DNA of 64,000 nt from Candidatus Bathyarchaeota archaeon (GTDB lineage Archaea > Thermoproteota > Bathyarchaeia > Bathyarchaeales > Bathycorpusculaceae): the NCBI GenBank assembly GCA_963715865.1, contig OY970280.1, positions 1,504,001 to 1,568,000 on the forward strand, in the 5' to 3' direction. Of this stretch, positions 57,021-64,000 are shown one piece after another. The notes under the pieces were generated by a model. That model did not search any database. It saw only the letters and a list, made by a program, of their open reading frames with translations, and was not told the DNA's origin. The translations under genes and the position numbers were made by a program. Each line of letters starts with the position of its first letter. Positions within the stretch are counted from its first letter, which is position 1.

Positions 57021-57676
57021 ATGAACGAAAACGGATTCAAAGTGAAAGGCATTTTCTTGGACTTAGACGGCACAATAGTTGACTCCAAAGAAGCCTATAT
57101 AGAAGCAGCAAGAATAGCATTTCAATCTGTTGGGCAAAAACCGCCAGAAAGGAAGACTGCCTTGGAAATTCCGAGAAGGCTCGAACAAGGTCTCACAATC
57201 AGCGACATCATGAATGGCGATACCAAAAAGTTCCTAGTCGTGTACTTGAAAACTTACTATTCAATAACACAAGAAAAAACCAAGCTTTTACCTAACGTTT
57301 CAGAAACACTTGAAATCCTCTCGGAAAAAGCTAAACTCGCCCTGATACCATGCGCCAAGTCTCAAAACAAGCCATCATAAAAGAGCTAGATTGCTTCGGC
57401 ATATCAAAATATTTCACGCATGTTGTGACTGCTCTGGATACGTCTAAACCTAAGCCTTCGCCTGAAGCATTAATAAAATGTGTTAAAGCCCTAGATGTTG
57501 AAATATGCGACTGCATCATTGCGGGAGACTCTGTTAATGATGTGCGGGCGGGAAAGGCAGCGGGCGCGAGAACGGTAGCGGTTTTATCTGGGCTGTTTCA
57601 ATGTGAAGAACTTGTCAAGGAATGCCCTGATTTGATTTTACACGATGTAACTGCACTTCCCAAGTTTATCGAGTAA
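57021..57676 (+). CDS. HAD-family phosphatase (phosphoglycolate phosphatase-like), frameshift near 57345-57348
   Basis: FLDLDGTIVDS in frame 1; KPKPSPE and GDSVND in frame 2. One missing base restores LALITMR. Confidence 0.88.
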
Positions 57677-57805
57677 TGCTCTGGGATGTATCGGAATTTG
57701 ATATATTGCTAGAAATCGACTTATGCAGTTATATGTCCGCGTGAAAATAAAGTTTAATTAAAACCTTTATCTTTAATCAATAATGGAGAGGGCTTCAGAG
57801 CGGGA

Positions 57806-58426
57806 ATGAGAATGAACTTCGTAGAAATAATGGTAGGGGAGAAATTGAAGGAGGCGGATCCAGCCCTTGATATTATGGGGTCAGACCGCAAAGTTTTGCA
57901 GGTTGCTTGCCAAGACTTCACTAATTACCTTAAATTTCACTGGAATCTTATTGGAAAAGAAGCAAGCCAATGCGAACTAGTTGAAAGACTAGAGAATCTT
58001 TTCAGGGAAGATCCATCTGAGCTAGACGGATTTTTAACCGTTTGGATCGGCATTTGGTTCAAGAAATGGAAAGAACGGGTCAAACTGCTCATAGGCGACC
58101 AAAACGCTAGCAGATGGAATAAAATTTCAAAAACCATCAGCAACGCTGAACCGGTATGGAAGAGAATTGAGAACAAGCAAGAACTCCTAGAGATTGTAGT
58201 GGCTACTCTGGTTAAGAACGGAGAGATATGTGGAACAGAAATCTTGTCTGAAAATCTTCTAAAAATGGAACTTGGAGAAAAACGCGTGCAAGAGCCCAGC
58301 GACAAAGAAAGAATTTTCACTGCAGTTAATGACGCATTGAGGAAAGCTCGTGAGATGGCTCAAAGTAAAGGTCCACTAATCTTTGTTAAGATAGATAAGG
58401 GCTATTACAATACAACAAGCGAATAA
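57806..58426 (+). CDS. Hypothetical protein
   Basis: 206-aa helical ORF; no motif recognised. Confidence 0.7.
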   Translation: MRMNFVEIMVGEKLKEADPALDIMGSDRKVLQVACQDFTNYLKFHWNLIGKEASQCELVERLENLFREDPSELDGFLTVWIGIWFKKWKERVKLLIGDQNASRWNKISKTISNAEPVWKRIENKQELLEIVVATLVKNGEICGTEILSENLLKMELGEKRVQEPSDKERIFTAVNDALRKAREMAQSKGPLIFVKIDKGYYNTTSE

Positions 58427-58544
58427 AAACGGACTAAGCCCTCTCACTATTTTTGTTTTTTAGTGAAATAAACTGCAAGGCTAAAAACAAGAAATCTCAA
58501 AATAGATTATTTTTAAAAGAATGAGTTGTTTGAAATTAGGGAGT

Positions 58545-58733
58545 TTAGACGACTCGGACTCTTTGAAGAGTCTTCCTCATCCAGGTATAGTGCCTCATGG
58601 TCTTGGTTTCTCCGTAACCGCAAGCTGCACAACGCTTGTCACGCACGTGATATGCGCGTCTTCCACAGCGCCTGCATTTTATGTGAACAGTTTTGCCCTG
58701 GCGCTTGCCCATTGATGGTGTTCCTTTTCCCAC
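58545..58733 (-). CDS. rpl37e: 50S ribosomal protein L37e
   Basis: KGTPSMGKR, HIKCRRCG..AYH....CAACGYG; GTG at 58733 after AGGTGA. Confidence 0.95.
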   Translation of the reverse strand: MGKGTPSMGKRQGKTVHIKCRRCGRRAYHVRDKRCAACGYGETKTMRHYTWMRKTLQRVRVV

Positions 58734-58738
58734 GGCGG

Positions 58739-58966
58739 TCACCTGGGCGGAGGTGAAATAAGGACTACGTTGTCTCCACGGACGATTATTAATCCAAGGC
58801 TCTTTTGGTTTTCAACTTGTGTTGTGTCTTCTGTTTCTTCTAGAACTAGGTTTAGGTGTTGGTCGAAACCCTTCAGTTTTCCTCTGAGGCTTTTTCCGCC
58901 TTTCAGTCGTACAAGTACGACTTTGCCGAGGTTTTGTTCAAGGATTTCGGTTGTCATTTCGCTCAT
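58739..58966 (-). CDS. Sm-like (Lsm/SmAP) RNA-binding protein
   Basis: VLVRLKGG...GKLKGFDQHLNLVL (Sm1), IIVRGDNVVLISP (Sm2); conserved linkage to L37e. Confidence 0.95.
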   Translation of the reverse strand: MSEMTTEILEQNLGKVVLVRLKGGKSLRGKLKGFDQHLNLVLEETEDTTQVENQKSLGLIIVRGDNVVLISPPPR

Positions 58967-59308
58967 TCTGGAACCCTCATGTATCTTTATCTCTTTCTAT
59001 ACTTTAACTCTCCACATTTAAACCTATCTAAGCATGAGTTGGGATTCTCTTTGCTGGCTTAGGTTAAGTTAACTTTGTGCCTGCAAGCAACTTTTGTTAA
59101 GAGTTAATTTAGGTGTGTATGGTTAGCTGGCTTTGACTACGACGTTTGTGTGTGCGCTCAGCCTACCCCTCCGGTCTACTATATGCTCCAAATATGATCC
59201 TAATAGGCTTGAGCCCTTGGGAGTATGGCAGTATTGCAGTCTTGGTTTGCTTGTGCTTATAAGAGTGTGCTTGGATTATTTTTTTAGGGGAAATTTGGGT
59301 AGCAGGAT

Positions 59309-59911
59309 ATGACGCCAATCATTGAGTTTCTAATTACTTTCCTGTTCGCTTTTGGGTTAAACTTGATACCCTTCTTTGGCCCCTCAAACCTCTTAATAGC
59401 TTCCACAGCAGCAATCGGCATGGCAAACGCTGACGCAACTGCACTAGTCACAATAGGTTTTCTTATTGCCCTTGCCGCAGCATTAGCAAAAGGCATTCAC
59501 TACATGATTACTTTCTTTGTGAGCGGACACCTTAGTGAAAAAAGTCGCCAGCGGCTTGATACTGAGGCTGGAAAGGTTAAACGTTGGGCTTTTCTGCTGC
59601 TGTATTTAGCTGCGGCGACGCCTATTCCTGATGAACCCGTGGTTATTCCGCTGGGGCTTATGAAGTATAGTCCAGCAAAGTTTTTCTTATCTTACTTTCT
59701 AGGTAAAATTACTATCACGATTGCAGGCGCCTTTCTAGGCAGCTGGGTTGAAGCTAATTTTGCCTCTTGGTTGAGTCCAGAAGCAATGATTGCTATCTCC
59801 ATAGCCTTAACTGTTATTATCACTGTTATACTGTTTAAAGTAGATGTGGGCAAGCAAATAGATAAAATCCTAAAAAGATTGAAGCCATACAAAAAAGCAA
59901 CAAGTGATTAG
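59309..59911 (+). CDS. DedA/VTT-like membrane protein
   Basis: NLIPFFGPS, AATPIPDEPVVIPLGLMKY...FFL...GK. Confidence 0.75.
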   Translation: MTPIIEFLITFLFAFGLNLIPFFGPSNLLIASTAAIGMANADATALVTIGFLIALAAALAKGIHYMITFFVSGHLSEKSRQRLDTEAGKVKRWAFLLLYLAAATPIPDEPVVIPLGLMKYSPAKFFLSYFLGKITITIAGAFLGSWVEANFASWLSPEAMIAISIALTVIITVILFKVDVGKQIDKILKRLKPYKKATSD

Positions 59912-59962
59912 AGAGCAAAGTTAAATTTCACGCTTACAAACATACGAGAGAGAAAAAACCAT

Positions 59963-60466
59963 ATGCCTACAAAACAAAGAAGATACGCCCTGAAAACGAA
60001 AGAAGCAAAACAAATTCTAACCGAAGCATCGAAAAACCTGAAACTCGACATAGAAGCGCTCTTTGGTTCTAAAGTAAACGTGGAAGTTGTTGAATCTGAC
60101 GTAGGCGCAGTTTACCTCATCGGCGGAAAACCACTACTCTTCAAAGCAGACGGCAAAATTCTGCCCACGCTGCTTTTCACCGAGTTCACGGCTCAAGCGC
60201 CAAAAATAGTGGTTGACATGGGCGCCGTCCCTTACGTTTGCAAAGGCGCAGACGTTATGGCGCCAGGCATAGTGCGCATTGAAGGAGAATTCAGCAAAGG
60301 TGACCTCGTCCTCGTAGTGGATATGAAGTTTGGCAAAGCGTTGGCTTTAGGCGAAAGCCTCTACGATGCTGAAGCGGCAAAACAAACCAAGAAAGGACCA
60401 GTAGTTAAAACGCTACATTATGTAAGCGACAAAATCTGGAACTATACCAAAACACTGACTGAATAA
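59963..60466 (+). CDS. PUA-domain RNA-binding protein (MCT-1/Tma20-like)
   Basis: VVDMGAVPYVCKGADVMAPGI, GPVVKTLHYVSDKIW. Confidence 0.9.
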   Translation: MPTKQRRYALKTKEAKQILTEASKNLKLDIEALFGSKVNVEVVESDVGAVYLIGGKPLLFKADGKILPTLLFTEFTAQAPKIVVDMGAVPYVCKGADVMAPGIVRIEGEFSKGDLVLVVDMKFGKALALGESLYDAEAAKQTKKGPVVKTLHYVSDKIWNYTKTLTE

Positions 60467-60506
60467 TTAATGGTTTTTTGCAGCCGATCAAGCTTAAAAT
60501 GGTTTT

Positions 60507-61000
60507 TTAACTTTGCATCTTATTTTTTAATCCTTCTCTTATGTTACCAATCTGTTCGGTTGTAAGATTCGCTATCTCTTTTTCAACCTCTTGCACAAAT
60601 TTACGTGCGGAATCTACATTGTTTTTGATTTCCATTGGGCTAAATTCTCTCGCTACATAATATTGGATGTCTATTCTCGTTTGCTTGGCTTTTACTATAT
60701 CATCAATTAAGTTCTTATTAAGAAAGCCATTTTCCGAAAGGTACTTTGCCAAATTAATTGTGCAGTCATGTATCTCAGACTTGACTCCTATTTTCATAAG
60801 TAATCCGTATAATGCAAAGTATCTAGCGTAGTAGGCTGTGGTGGCTATCCAATCGGTTTCTTTAATTTGAAGCGCTGCTGTCATGGTGTTTAAGGCGCTT
60901 ATTGATTTTTTAGATAGGCTTTTGTAAGATTTTCGTTTGGTTCAATTATGCGGATGCCATGTTTTTGTTTAAAGCACCAGCTTAGGTCGTTATCTTTCAA
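60507..61000 (-). CDS. HEPN-domain protein, frameshift in the A6 run at 60906-60911
   Basis: TTG at 61000 overlaps the MNT end: MKDNDLSWCFKQKHGIRIIEPNENL.KAYL. The other frame continues SALNTM...AYYARY...IHDCT...RIDIQY. A seventh A rejoins them. Confidence 0.8.
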
Positions 61001-61598
61001 TATGGTTTCTCCATAGCATGGTTACAAACGGGTCAGGATTACATAGTACAATGTGGTCTCTAACTATTTCCTTAATTAAAATATCGCCTGTTCGTAAGCC
61101 AATGTTAAAGTTTTCTGTTGAAACGTTTTTTATGTTTATTTTCTTACCATAAATAGTTTCAAACTTCTTGATATGCAACAACTGTTTTTCTGGGATTTTG
61201 CCGATGTAGAATAGGTCTATGTCGCTTTCCTCATTGGCGTAGTCTTTTACGTAACTTCCGAATAAGATAAGCGGGTTTATTACGTCTACGTTGTTTAGAT
61301 GCTCAGTAAGTTTTCGTATTAGAAAATTTTTCTCTAAATAGTTTAACGTGACAAGTTGTTCTGCGGTTGTAAGATAGTATTTTGTTAGAATGTTTTCTTT
61401 GTTAAGTGTGTACTGTTTGTTTCTTCCCACCATTGTAGAGTGAAGAATTTTGAGTTCTTCAAGACGGGCTAGGTAAGGCAGCAAGGTCATGTGGCTGGTA
61501 CTCAGGAGCTTTCCAATAGCCCTCGCATGAAGACTTATTGCATAATTACTTCTATAAAGAGTTAATATTTTATAATATATGGCAGGTTTTTCTTCCAT
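60990..61598 (-). CDS. HTH-fused minimal nucleotidyltransferase (MNT antitoxin-like)
   Basis: N-terminal wHTH, then LILFGSYVKDYANEESDIDL (GS...DxD). Confidence 0.88.
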   Translation of the reverse strand: MEEKPAIYYKILTLYRSNYAISLHARAIGKLLSTSHMTLLPYLARLEELKILHSTMVGRNKQYTLNKENILTKYYLTTAEQLVTLNYLEKNFLIRKLTEHLNNVDVINPLILFGSYVKDYANEESDIDLFYIGKIPEKQLLHIKKFETIYGKKINIKNVSTENFNIGLRTGDILIKEIVRDHIVLCNPDPFVTMLWRNHIER

Positions 61599-61753
61599 AT
61601 GGAAGTAAATACTTCCAAGTAGCTATTAAATCTTACTCCGACTCGTTAGCTTCCTTACACCTATGCAGCCAACAGCAACAAAAAAGCAACATAACCAACC
61701 AAAAAATAACAAAACAAAAGAGATGAAACCCTTTTTGACTATGATTGCTGTTT

Positions 61754-61770
61754 ATTGGGCTTTGACGTAT
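61754..61770. repeat. 16S processing stem, 3' arm
   Basis: ATTGGGCTTTGACGTAT is the exact reverse complement of 63429-63445. Confidence 0.8.
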
Positions 61771-61826
61771 TCTGTGTTTATGTTCTCCTTGCTCCTCCAA
61801 TCAAGCACAAACATGCTTTTTTACTT

Positions 61827-63321
<1,495 letters not shown>

Positions 63322-63428
63322 TGTGACACTCCAGAGTTGAACTGCTGGAACTTGTTGTTTTTTGTGTGGTACGTTCTTTTCGCATAATTGTGCCTAACTG
63401 GATTTGGAGGGAAAAACATTCCACTCAT

Positions 63429-63445
63429 ATACGTCAAAGCCCAAT
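63429..63445. repeat. 16S processing stem, 5' arm
   Basis: ATACGTCAAAGCCCAAT; 17-bp inverted repeat with 61754-61770, flanking the 16S gene. Confidence 0.8.
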
Positions 63446-64000
63446 TCAGACCTAACTGAGCAATTAATCAGGTCCACATTCGTGTCCCCGCAATTGGAGG
63501 CCAACTCCGTCATTCCTGTAAGGCGAATTCGCCGTTTCGGTATGGGTTGAGCCGCCGCCATGTGAAAATTGCGGGGCTAGCAATTATAGCTGAATTCTAT
63601 CAGAAGCGAATTCAACTGATATAAACATTCCGTTATGGGAGAAATAAATGTTGCCTTACATGCTTCTACCGTAGCCTTACTATGCGTAACCTAGACCTCT
63701 ATCTTCTAAGGGTTATTTTTAACCATATATTTTGGCTTAAAACGTAAAAAGGGGCATTTGACTCTTAGCTTTGTTTTGTAAAATGGGTCTTTTCGGTTGC
63801 TGCCTGCTGTTTTTTTGACTGCTCAGATTTTCGTCCTTTTCAGACTTATGAAAAACAAAAAATGCTCATAAGAGAGAAACAGAAAATCAGGAAAAATTTC
63901 CTTTTTAGCTTGTTTGTTTACACCAACCCATTATTCCTCAACAACTTTAGAGAAACCTGTCTACATTCCTTAGTGACTTTTGCGTTTCACTGGATGAAAT

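Overview
This is a 64-kb archaeal chromosomal window. The 16S rRNA signatures and gene content point to Candidatus Bathyarchaeia (inference, by eye). It holds mostly housekeeping and metabolic genes: pepF, uppP, an aldehyde:ferredoxin oxidoreductase cluster, glpX, valS, nadX, a CoA operon, a pst/phoU phosphate locus, Sm-L37e and an unlinked 16S rRNA gene. It also has two tRNAs (Leu-CAA with two BHB introns, and Lys-TTT) and a ~6.9-kb element integrated at tRNA-Lys. The top candidate for an undescribed system is at 31.5-38.8 kb, a four-gene locus. It encodes an FtsZ/tubulin-superfamily GTPase with a ~440-residue coiled-coil insert, a second degenerate FtsZ-fold paralogue, a polytopic membrane protein with a long cytoplasmic coiled coil, and a membrane-anchored surface protein. 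Other highlights are a TPP riboswitch over thiT plus an AIR-synthase-like gene, an RHH-CblS-like fusion, a CdvA-like protein with an acidic repeat tail, and apparent CTG/ATA/ACG start codons. Five genes, including essential valS, carry single-base frameshifts that are probably sequence errors. All family assignments are by-eye motif recognition; no searches were run. The supplied ORF track gives the wrong strand for 44437..45300 (it is minus) and omits the edge-truncated methyltransferase at 1..870.
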